From Mobula hypostoma (taxonomy: Eukaryota): DNA of 64,000 bases. The notes below the pieces were generated by a model. It was not told the origin of the DNA. It saw only the letters and a list, made by a program, of their open reading frames with translations, and made no database searches. Location of the stretch: positions 29,760,001-29,824,000 of the forward strand of contig NC_086108.1 of assembly GCF_963921235.1 (NCBI RefSeq). Reading direction: 5' to 3'. Both the position numbers and the translations under genes were made by a program. Shown one piece after another: positions 25,701-36,435 of the stretch; within the stretch, counting starts at the first letter, position 1, and every line of letters starts with the position of its first letter.

Positions 25701-26004
25701 GGCAGTGAGCATGGCGCGAAGAATCTGGCGGGAGTAGCAGTCAATGAAATGGAGGTACCTGGGATCCTCGCTGGGCCCGAACTGGGAGGCCTGGAACCGG
25801 AGCTGGAATCCCTGCGGTACAAGATGGCGGCGGAGACACGTTCCCAGGAAGGAGACGTGGCTGTGGTAGCGGGTCTGGGTGAGGATCTGGTCGAAGAGTC
25901 GGAGAGAGGCGGAGATCACAGAGGGGGAGCAGTGAGAGAGGGTCTCACCGAACTCCCGTCGAGGGGAGACCACAGCCACGTCTCCCTCCTGGGAACGTGT
26001 CTCC
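22793..26004 (-). mobile_element. Near-full-length Penelope-like retroelement (Neptune type), ORF disrupted, 5' end inverted
   Basis: N-terminal domain at 25266-25960. RT at 24048-24590 (FIFTMDVQSLYTSIPH / GVAMGTRM.PSYACLFVGYVE / LHYIDDYIG). Cys-rich linker (CKRKCYT) and GIY-YIG (VIYCIRCSRCGLLYIGETRHRLGDRFVEHLRS). 3' tail with a hammerhead motif. Several frameshifts and stops. Confidence 0.95.
22881..22920 (-). ncRNA. Minimal type I hammerhead ribozyme motif in the PLE tail
   Basis: Minus strand: tcagtc CTGACGA a ggg ttccgg ccc GAAA tg TT gactga. It has stem I, the CUGANGA box, stem II, GAAA and UH. Confidence 0.75.
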
Positions 26005-26379
26005 TGTTCCTTGGGAAGCTAAAGGAAGGAACTATGCCAAACTCATAACTGGTACTTCATATGCAGCAGTAGAAACAGATAAAAATGATGCAAGTGAATC
26101 AAATTTATCCTCTTCAGATAAAATGTTACCTTGACTATGATCTCAATTTGAACATGTTGCAACTTCACTCAACTCTATCCACTCCCGTTTAAACTCTTGG
26201 ATAGTCTCTTATTTTAAGCTTACAGAAATGCGTGTTGCTGCCTAATACCTAGCCTGAGTTGTTGATTATCTATTAGTGAGCCAGCACAATAATTATCAAC
26301 AAGCTATTAAGCCATTTTAAGTATCTTAAGCTGGCACTTCACTTGATGGCATGAAAATTAGTTTTTTTGGGTGGTGGGT

Positions 26380-26745
26380 ATCCCTTGAAACCTACTGAAT
26401 ACTGCAAGGCTTGGATACTGGATGTAGAAAAATACTTCCCATTAATTGGAGTGTGTAGGATCTGGGGGCACATCCTCAAGAGAAAGAAAATGATCATCCC
26501 TTTAAAACTGAAGTGAGTTACTTTAGTCAGAAGGTGGCAAAGCAACTGAATTTGTTGCCAGAGGGCTATGTGGAAGTTGGATGTATTTAGAGTAGGATTG
26601 ATGGGTTCTCAATCATTAAGGGGGTTGGAGATTACTGAGTGAAAGTAGGAGAATTAGGGTTGAAGGAAATCAGCCTTGATTGAATTCTGGAGCAGATATA
26701 ATGGACCAAATGGCATAATACTTTATCTACTGTATATGGTAGTTT
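26380..26745 (+). mobile_element. Old CR1 3' fragment
   Basis: 'gggggcacatcctcaag...ccctttaaaactgaagtgag...tttagtcagaaggtgg' followed by a CR1-type tail. Confidence 0.65.
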
Positions 26746-27199
26746 AGTTGCAACATGCCTCAGCACAAGAGTTTAGAAATTAATCCTGTGCAAATCAGTT
26801 GTCAAACTTGCAATCATGCATGCTTTGGCTACTTTTGAATAAACTTCGGATCAGAGGGATAAGCGCTGCTGTCATTTGAAGGGTGTAATGCCGAATGTAA
26901 TCATGTACAAAGGGACTCTAATTTATTTTTCAATCTAAAACTGCTACCGAAATGACTTTGCTGGGTTGTAAACAAATTGTCACCCCTAATTTCTACGGAT
27001 GCCAGAACACTCCCAAACCTGGAAGGGGCTGAATAGAAGAGACTAGATAGACAGGGACCCAAGAGATTGCAGATGCTGGAATCTGGAGCTAAAAATGTTG
27101 CTGGATAAATTCTGTGGGTCAAGTAGTTTGTTCCCTGTTGCACTGAAGAGGCTTGCTCTGTTTTGCTGGAGTGATAGGTGCTAAGAGCTGTCCCAACAT

Positions 27200-27510
27200 G
27201 TATGTAAGGCTGAAGTGTAGATCACAATCTTTTCCTCATGGTATAGGGGTGTCAAAAATGAGGCAATTTTTTTTTGGGAGGGGTGGGTTTAAGGGGATCT
27301 GGGAGGTATGTTTTTAGTGGTAGAAATCTGGATAATGCTGCACAAAGAAGCCAGGTACAATATCTATTGAAGAGGCACTTTGAAATGCACTTAAACAGGC
27401 AAGGCATAAATGGATATGGTCGTCATGCAGGTAAATGGCATTAGCATTCATAAACATATGGATGTGATGGGCTGAAGGCCTGTTTCTGTGTTTGCATCAC
27501 TCTGACACTG
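27200..27510 (+). mobile_element. Old CR1 3' fragment
   Basis: Ends in 'atggatgtgatgggctgaaggcctgtttctgtg', the reverse complement of the CR1 tails seen at 10500 and 54720. Confidence 0.6.
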
Positions 27511-28789
27511 CTGTTTGCAAAATAAATTCCTTTATTTATCAGTTGTAAAGAAATCAAGCAGGTTTGGAGTTCAGAGTTTTTTTTAAGTGTTTACACTGGA
27601 GGGCATAAAAATACATGATCTCATCCCCGGAGCCTACCTTATCAAAACTGGCAACCTTGGGGTCACTTTGGATGCAATCTCTAGCCTAAATTTACTGTAC
27701 TCATTTGCTGAAATTTCTAGTGCAACAACATCAAATATGAAAAGTAAAATCTTAAACAAAGTGGTTGCAAAGCAACAGAATCATTCTGTACATTAACTCA
27801 CCCAGCTTGTATTCATCACCAATACTTCAGGGTTGAATCGGAAATACAGGGGGGAGCACAGAATGGTAACAGAGCATTGAGAAATGCATTGCTTAGCATT
27901 TCACGCTGAAAACAGAATACTGAAATACCTTGCAGGTGAAAATGAATGCTCTTGGTGCATAGTATAGTGCACCTGCTTACCTGGTAGTTGGAAACTTGGC
28001 TAATCTTCTGTGATTTTTGTTTTTTATTTCTTGGTTTCATTTGAGAAATTAATTTTATTCCAATTTGGTCTTCATTATAAAAGCACAGTACACAAGTTCT
28101 TCACAACTGCAGGTATGTACTTCAGTTGTGGATTCATTGCTAAGGTGTGGCATCTGTGGCTGCAAGCAAAATTGATTCCATGGCAATGGTGTTGTTTGGA
28201 TTCACTGCTATTGTGTGTGCGGAACCTGCATTTGCAATGCTTTTGGCAGGTCATTCTAATATGTTAAAGAGTGCTAAGTGATCTCAATGCTATAATTGCA
28301 TATGATAGCACAAGATTCGTGAACCATTTGCTACATTGTTTTAAATCTATGTTATCTGAGTAGTGTCTTTAAATTGTAGGCCATGTGGTGAGTTCCTGTA
28401 CAGTAAACTTCTGTTATACTAAACAGGTTTGTAAAGATTGAAGAACTGTGTGATAAAGGTGTCACTTCAAAATTCAATTCCTCTGTTTCCCAACTGCCCC
28501 TTGTGGCTTTGAGTTTAAGAATTCATAAATTGATCATCTGTTGGCTTACTCTAAATTGAGGATTGCCAAAAAGTAATTGACTTCAAAGATGTCTCCATTT
28601 ACAGGAATTTTAATATGAAGATATAATTACAAAAGCTAACAGTTGATTACTGGAACTCCCTACATTTTGTTGGTATTGAGTTTAATTTTCAGAAATTTGT
28701 CAAGTTTGCTCATGATAGTTTGGGATTGAGGGTGAATTACAAATTTGGATTTGGAATTAACTTGCCTCTGGTCACAGGAGAAGTGGAAT

Positions 28790-29640
28790 TCTGTTGTCCT
28801 GGTTGGAAGACTGTGACCATTAGTTCTCCATCACGATTGATGCTGGAACCTCTGAGACATACACAAATAACCTGGATAAAAAATAGAGAAGGGTGGATCA
28901 GCAAGTGTGCAGGTGAGATAAAGAATGAAGGCGTGGGTAGTGTGAACGATTATCAAAGAATGGAGTGGTATATAAATCATTTATAATTTATGGGCAGGGA
29001 AGTTGCAGATGGAATTTAATCTGACAAGTGTGAGGTATTGCACTTTGGTAGGTCAAATGTATGAAGAAGTTGCATAGTAAATGGTAGGTCCTTTAACAGC
29101 ACTTAGGTGCAGAGGGATCTTGGTGTCCACGGTCATAGTTTATTGAAATTTTAGTCAGACTGCACTGGGAGTATTGTATGCAGTTCTTGTTGCCCCATTA
29201 TAGGAATGATATGGAGAGCGTGGAAAGGATACAGAAGAGGATGCTGTATGAGCTGCAAGGGAAGGTTGGTCAAACTTGGGCTGCTCTTTGTCATGTTCGC
29301 TCTTCAGCTTCTGACACACTAGAGGTTTTCAAAATTATGTTTGCTTTTCTTAAAGTAGACAGTCAGAATTTTTAAAGTAGAAATGTCAAACAACAGAAGG
29401 CATGTTTTTAAGATTAGTATTTGCTACAGAGTGACAGACAGACCCCTGGAGTGGGTTACCAGGGTAGCAGTAGAAATGAGCAGTTTGGTGGAGTTTAAGG
29501 GGCTTTTATATAGACAGGTGAATATGAAGGGAATGGAGCAGGGGGGGTTAAGTAGATTAATCATTCTTGGTATAAATTGGCATTGACATCCGTGCACCCT
29601 AATGGGTCAAATGACCTATTGTATGCTGTACTGTTCTATA
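28790..29640 (+). mobile_element. Degenerate CR1 RT C-terminal fragment with 3' end
   Basis: 'gacaagtgtgaggtattgcactttggtagg' (DKCEVLHFG), 'ctgggagtattgtatgcagttcttg' (LEYCMQF) and 'ESVERIQKR'. Confidence 0.85.
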
Positions 29641-30359
29641 ATTATCATGGGTATCATTAAAATGTAAAGCACAGGAAGAGTCTATTTGGCCCGTATGGCA
29701 ATGTGCACTGTCAGATGGAGAATTTTTTTGTAGCATGGCTTTAGTTCTACAATCTATTATTAACATACTAAGGAAACTAATGTTTATTTCCTTAGTCTAA
29801 AACTCAAATTTGTAAATGTCTCAAGTGGTCTTTTTTCGCACATTTCCATATTATGATGTTTGTGATGAGGAAAAACCTCAGTGATTAGGTAGGGCGGGGG
29901 AGGGGGCAACTGCCCTAGAAGAACATACCACTGCCTAAGTAATCAAAAATAGTTCCGGAGTGAGCTCCCCCCATGACTGCTTCTACTTTCTCCAATTAAA
30001 ATGCCTAAAATCAATTTCCTTTGAAGTGGTGATCGCTTGTGGCAGCTCATGTCAATATGTCAAAAACATTTTGATTGTATTGAATGAAGTTGTCAGCACT
30101 CAACATCGGTTTAGAAAATGAAATGCAGCCCTTTCCACACTGAATTCAGATTTGAAAACCATTGTCAGCAATGTCCTACTCTGTAAAGATGCTCATTTGC
30201 AATCTTCCAATAAGTATTTGATGTGAATGTAATTTTTTGCCCAGATTCTAGTTGTAAAATGGCAATGAATAGTGCTCTGTTTAAATAGAATGTAATTAAT
30301 GCTTCTAATGATGCATTAGGTCACCTTGTCCATTGAACAACTTCTGCTCTCAATATAAA

Positions 30360-30680
30360 CACAAGATTCTGCAGATGCTGGAAATCTTGAGCAATACATA
30401 AAAATAAGTCGGAACCCCTGAACCTGGAGAACTTTACCCCTGAACCTTTACCCTTTGAGCTGTTTGCTCCTACCAAGAGCTAAAACACAAGGTTCTGACT
30501 CCAACCAACATAGCTGTCCAAGTTATTGAGGCACGCAAGCCTCCAAACCACAAAGAGGTTGTGGTCCTCTTGGAGGAGATGGCATCTATGCAATGCAATA
30601 AATGGTTGATATTTCAGATTGAAATTCTTTATCAGGACTAAGAAGGAAAGAGACAGAAACCAGAATTATGGGGGGAGGGG
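30360..30680 (-). mobile_element. Degenerate PLE tail containing an RTE 5'-end fragment (30409-30576)
   Basis: The PLE tail halves are 'tgcagatgctggaaatcttgagc' and 'ggcatctatg...atcaggact'. The insert matches the 12500-12648 end ('gcaagcctccaaaccac...gttgtggtcctcttggagg'). Confidence 0.65.
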
Positions 30681-30699
30681 GGAAGAGGTGGTGTTCTAC

Positions 30700-32390
30700 T
30701 CCAACCACTTTAGAATCAGAATGGTTTAATTTCATTGGCATGTGTTATGAAATCTGGATGCTGGGGAGGCTGGTGCCCACGATGGAGCTGACTGAGTTTA
30801 CAACTTTCTGCAGCTTTTCCAATCCTCTGCAGGGACCCCCTCCGTACCAGACGGTGATGCAACAAGTTAGAATGGTCTCCATAGTACATCTGTAGAAATT
30901 TGCAAGTGGCTTTAGCGACATCCCAATTCTCCCCAAACCCCAAATGGAAATATAACCGCTGTCGTGCCTGCTTTGTCATTGCTTCAGTATGTTGGACCTG
31001 GGATTGATCCTCAGATGTTGACACCCAGGAACTTGAAACTCTCAGCCTTTCCACTGCTGATCCCTCGATGAGAAGATTGGTGTGCTTTCCCTCAACTCCC
31101 CTTTCTTGAAGTCCATAATCAATTCCTTGGTCTTACTGATCTTTGAGTGAAAGGTTGTTGCTGCGACATCACTCAACTACTGATCTATCTTGCTCCTGTA
31201 CGCTTCCTCATCACCATCTGAAATTCTGCCAACTACAATTGTGTCATTCGCAAATCTATGAGCTGCGTCTAGCCACAGAGTAGTGTGTAGAGAGAGTAGC
31301 AGTGGGTAGGCTAAGCACATGTCCTTGAGGTGCGCCGCTGAGGAGCCATTATTTCCCATCCACACAGGCCGTAGTGTCACAGTGAGGAAATCAAGGATCC
31401 AGTTACAGAAGGAGGTACAGCGCCCAGGTTTTGGAGTTTGTTCAGAACTGAGGGTATAACGGTGTTGAGCGTTGCACTGACGTAGATATTGCTATCGTCC
31501 AGCTGATCTGAGGCCAAATGGAGAGCCTCTGAGATCACATCTGCTGTAGCCCCATTGTGGTGATAAGCAAATTGCAGTAGGTCCAGGACCTTGCTTCGAC
31601 AGGAGTTAATTCTAGACATGACCAACCACTTAAAGCACTTCATCACAGTAGATTTGAGTGCAACTGGATGATGGTCATTGAGGCAGCTCACTCTGCTTTT
31701 ATTGGGCACTGGTATCATTGCCCTTTTGAAGCAGGTAGGAACCTCCTACTGCAGTGGTGAGAGACTGAAGATGTCCTTGGAGACTCCCAGTTGGTTTGTA
31801 CAGGTTTCTGAGGCCCTAGCAGCTTCATCAGGGCCTGACCTTCTTGAAAAATTTTCTGATGTCGGTCTAAGAGTCGGAGATCACAGGGTCACTAGGTACT
31901 GCAGAGATTCACACAGGTGTAGTTTTATTCTCCCTTTCGAAGGATGCGTAAATGTGTTGAGCTCATCTGGGAGTGAGCCATCACAGCCATTCATGATGTT
32001 AGGTTTCATTTCAAAGGAAATAATCATATGCAAACCCAGCCAGAGCTGGTGTGCATCCGATTCTGCCTCTAGCCTCAATCGGAATTGTTTTCTTGCCATT
32101 AAAATAGCTTCTTGTATAGTTCTGGATCACCGGTCTTGAATACACAGATCGATTCCTCAGCGGAATACAGATCTCCCAGTTCATCCATGGCTTTTTGTTT
32201 GGGCATGTCTGGTATGATCTTGAAGGCGCACACACTTATCCACACACGTCTTGATAAAGTCTGTGACAACTGTATGTATTCATCCAGACTTGAAGATGAA
32301 TCCCTGAATATTAACCAGTCCACCAACTCAAAGCAGTCCTGCAAGCACTCCTTTGCCTCCCCGACCATATCTCCTTGGTCCTCACCACTG
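30700..32390 (-). mobile_element. Rex1/Babar LINE, degenerate
   Basis: ORFs 'LQDCFELVDW', 'IPVPNKSRVSCLNDHHPVALKSTVMKCFKWLV...LQFAY', 'FANDTIVVGRISDGDEEAYRS' and 'NFYRCTMETILTCCITVWYG'. Confidence 0.9.
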
Positions 32391-34320
32391 GTGCAGCAGT
32401 CTTTTGGTCCTCCTGGCGCATTTGGAAATGATTTACATGGACTACAAGGATCATTTCTACTGCATAAACCTCAGCTTTTCAGATAGTCAAGAGTCTTGGC
32501 TTCTTAAGGACAAAAACTGGAAGCCCAGAAGGTAAGTGAGCAGATAGCTTAATTTATTCTATTTTAACAGAGACAAGGACCCAGAAGACAGGGAAGGGGT
32601 ATAACAGAACTCAAAGCATCTGAACCTTCTCAATGTGGTGTTCCACATAATTAATAAAATGGTACATGGTGAACTACATGATCTTTAAAATAATCTTTCC
32701 AGTTTTGGGTCCAAACTTTTATTTGCTCTTGATCCAAGAACTAAAATAGAACTTGAATTCTTATGATGCACACTGAAAATTTGTTGGCTGATGCCAGTCC
32801 TCAGTCTCAGCAGTATACAGGAAATTAGCATCTTGGAACCTGCTAAATCTTCAAACTAGTTTTAACGAGGTCTATAGCAATTGCCAGGATTCTGCTAATA
32901 AAGGCCCTCAATCTATGCATGGTCCTGAAGTGTTGTCTTTTAACTTAGTAAGTTTTGTCACATGTCGGCACAGGTGCAACAAAAGGCTTGCAGCAATAGC
33001 ACAGGCACATAGCATCATATAAGCAGTATTCACAAAAAAATTCGTAAAATATACACATTTTAAGGGAACTTCAGGCTTCCTCTTTGCAGTGTCTCTAACT
33101 ACAGCACTAACCTGTCTTTAAAACATTTTGAGGTGTGTTGTGTGCTTGTTTCACTAAGGTGTAGAGTCTATTGCCGAATTTTTGTACAACTTGCAGTTTG
33201 ACATTTTATATAAATCCATAAAATCCATCAGGAGCAAGAACTTCTACAGACCAGTCTTGAGTTCTCTCCTGCTTTGAAAGTGATGAGTTCTAGCATGAAT
33301 ATGCCAGAGAGATTTGTTTTGGCTTTAAAAATGTATCTTTTCAAAATGGATAATTTAATATGATTGCAATCCCACTTGACATGAGTAAGCCATTAGGAAT
33401 TTTGAGCAAAAGCCAATGTGCTGGTGGTAGTTATTTTTCATTTACCATCTGGTAAACAGACGTCTAATAACAAAGCTTTCTCAACTGTTGTCAGAGTTGA
33501 TGGTGACTAAGTGACCTAGATAAAGGTTCTAGTGGTACTTGTGCATGCATCAATTTGCACAACTAAAGAAAAATGTGTTGCACCATTTAAGGTAGTCTTA
33601 ATGTTGGACATTTGACAAAAAGCTTCAAGTCCAATCCACATTGTTTATTCTCTTTGTATGATTTATGATCTTCCCTGAGTTGAGAAGTGCTATCTGTTAA
33701 TCTATTACTTAAAATTAAATTAGTAAATCAAAAGGTAGATTTGTTGTTTCATTGAAATAGATTGATTCCTTTCTGGAGCGAAGATTTGAGGATTCAGCCC
33801 AACTCGACCTGCATCTTACAAGCTTTGCCCCTTTAGATCAAATTGCTGTTTTGCAAGGCAGTCCTCTGCAGACTTTGTCTTCAGTGTTGCAACCAGATCC
33901 TAAAATATAACCATGCGGTTCACAAATTGCTTCTCATAGTTAAACAGCACAGAAATGGGCCCTTGTTCTTGTTAATTATAAATAACCCATCCATCCTAAT
34001 TCCATTTACCAGCATGTAGAAGGTATCTGCCTTGGCATATTGTCTCAGCCACTAGGACATGCGTAAGGAAAATACATATTTGTTGAAGTGTTTGATAATT
34101 TTAAATTGCTCCTGCATGGCGATGCAAAGTATTGTGAACGAGATGTGATGCACTGGGGTAAAAAAAGATGCAGGGTACGGGGAAAAGCATCTGTTCTTCA
34201 CCCATACATATCTCCAAAAATGCTTATTGCTTTGCTGGGTTTCGTTAGAGATTTTAGAGAGCATGTTAAAGTGAATTGCAAGCCTGTGTCTTTGCCAAAT
34301 TTTCTATACTATTTAACTAA

Positions 34321-34834
34321 TGGCTGATTTATGCTTCTGCGTCAACACGATGCCATAAGGTCTGCGTCGCCACAAACCCTACGCAAAGCCGACGCGGAAC
34401 CCTACGTGAGAGCCTGCGTTGCTGCGACGTGCACCTCTCCCAAATTGTAACCACGCGTCACAGCAACACAGAACGAACAACTGTGATTGGTCCGCTTGGT
34501 AGCATCGCATGTCATCCTACACTGCAATAGCTTCCCATTGGGCAACTGAAGGGCAGGGAAGGAACTCTGGCTGCAATGCTTTTCATAAAGCTTTACAGAC
34601 CTCCGAAATTATGGAGGACACATTTCGCACGAAAAAAGATGCTCGCGTCTTGTTTACCCCGAGTAACTACCATGACCATGAAGCCATGCGCAGGTAGGTG
34701 AGTGCGCATGTGTGACGTGCGCAAATTGCCGAGCGAGGCAGACACACCAATGCACAAGTATAAATGCTCACAACGCGCGGAGGCCACTTGCGTAGGTTAC
34801 GGCATCCAGTTAACGCAGAAGTATCAACCAGGCT
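34321..34834. mobile_element. PIF/Harbinger-like MITE (514 bp)
   Basis: About 37-bp imperfect terminal inverted repeats (TIRs): ggctgatttatgcttctgcgtcaac... versus the reverse complement of ...gttaacgcagaagtatcaaccaggc, 29/37 identical by eye. TAA is duplicated at 34318-34320 and 34835-34837. No ORF. Confidence 0.8.
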
Positions 34835-35249
34835 TAATGTTGAGCCCCATTAATGCCATGTCACACAGTAACAAATGAAGTTTGGAGCACAATGGTAAAG
34901 TAGTTCATCGGATGGAAAGTGGCAGCATTTTTAAACCATAAAAATGGCAACTTTAGACTCAGGAACAGTGAAATATTGCAACTCACGTCACTGTCAAACA
35001 CATCTGTGCAAGCTTCAACTTGGTATTCCAACAGTATTATGCTCGTTTAAAACCTAAACTTGCTCAAAGTTGATGGTGGAATTTTTGTGAGCTCTTGGGG
35101 AGTGTGAATGCCTGCACAGCAGGTGCTGAATGCATTGGGCAGCTCATGCACAGGAAGTGCCCCAGCTGGCATAGCCCTTTCTGATATCACAGACGGTGAA
35201 CTGGTGGTAATGAGTCAGAATCAGTGGTTTATTTTCACTGACTCTTTTT

Positions 35250-35990
35250 GTCATGAAATTTGTTTTGCAGCAGCGGCACAGGACAGAGGCGGAAGCTACT
35301 GTAAATTACAAAGTAGTACAAAAGTAATGTTCATGGAGCATTCAGACACCTGATGGCGGAAGAGAAGAAGCTGTCTCCTAATAATCTGGGTATGGATCTG
35401 CAGGTTCCTGTACCACCTGCCGCAATGATGGCAATGAAAGAAGGGCAGGGAGGGCTGTGCCTGGAATGGAACTGGCTGCACCCCTCTGCATCTTTTTGTG
35501 ATCAAGCACACTGCGCCAGAAGGCAATGTAACCAGTCAGAATGCTCTCAATCATACATCTATTGAAATTTGCAAGAGCCTTTGACATACAAAATCACTAC
35601 AAACTCCTAATGAAGTTGGGCCACTGGTGGGACACCTTCATGGTTGCATCAATGTGTTCGGCCCAGGACAGTTCCTTAGATGCTGACACCTACAAACATG
35701 ATGCTATTCACCTTTTCCACTGCTGATCCCTCAATGATGACTGGTGTGTGTTCTCTTGACTGTCCTTTTGGGGATGTCTATGATCAATTCCTTCATGTTG
35801 CCGATCTTACTGTTGTCGATTCCTTAATGTTACAAGGTTGTCCAACTAACTGATCTATTTTACTCCTATGCACCTCATCACCATCTGAGATTCTATCAAC
35901 AACTGTGGTGTTATCAGCAAATTTATAGATGGTGTCTAAGCTGTGCTTAGCTACACTGTCATGAATGTCGAGAGAACGGAGAAGTGGGCT
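35250..35990 (-). mobile_element. Rex1/Babar LINE 3' fragment
   Basis: 'IYKFADNTTVVDRISDGDE' and 'ALANFNRCMIESILTGYIAFW'. Confidence 0.85.
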
Positions 35991-36385
35991 AAGCATACTT
36001 CCTTGATGAGAAAAGATGACTGGTGTGGCTGAGAACAACCCTCTGCTGCTGTGTGTTTTGCTCTGGTGTTTCTTCACGAAAGGAAGTGAACTTCAGTAAT
36101 CTTTCAGTGCATCTTTATCAGTGGCTTAAGCAATTCAGATTTGTTAAACTTAAAATGTGCTGAGACATGACTGCTTAAAGGTTTGAGTTCACCGTGAAGC
36201 TGGTACAACTGTTTTGATGCCTGAACCAAACCACACACTTTGTGACTGTAGGCAACTGTTATTGGGAACTGTTAATAAATATTCTGCTCTTAATACCTTA
36301 TTTGGGAAAAAAGTACTTAATACTGTCTGTCTGGTTTCCATTTTTTGGCAGCACTGAAGGTGTTTGAGAAGACTGCAAATGGTAG

Positions 36386-36435
36386 TTCTCTCTGTCTCTC
36401 TCTCTGTCTCTTTCTCTCTGTCTCTGTCTGTCTCC
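36386..36435 (+). repeat. Imperfect (TC)n/(TCTG)n microsatellite
   Basis: tctctctgtctctctctctgtctctttctctctgtctctgtctgtctc. Confidence 0.9.

Noticed and set aside
25266-25979. 237-aa ORF as a possible host gene
   Set aside because: It is the PLE N-terminal domain. Its GTG start lies in the inverted 5' arm, and the probable true start is seen in the 45.3 kb copy.
28141-28180. Plus-strand peptide WHLWLQAKL resembling the RGL1 N-terminus (MKLLWQAKM)
   Set aside because: No suitable ATG or donor site follows, the match is short and gapped, and no other RGL1 exon is visible. Most likely chance.
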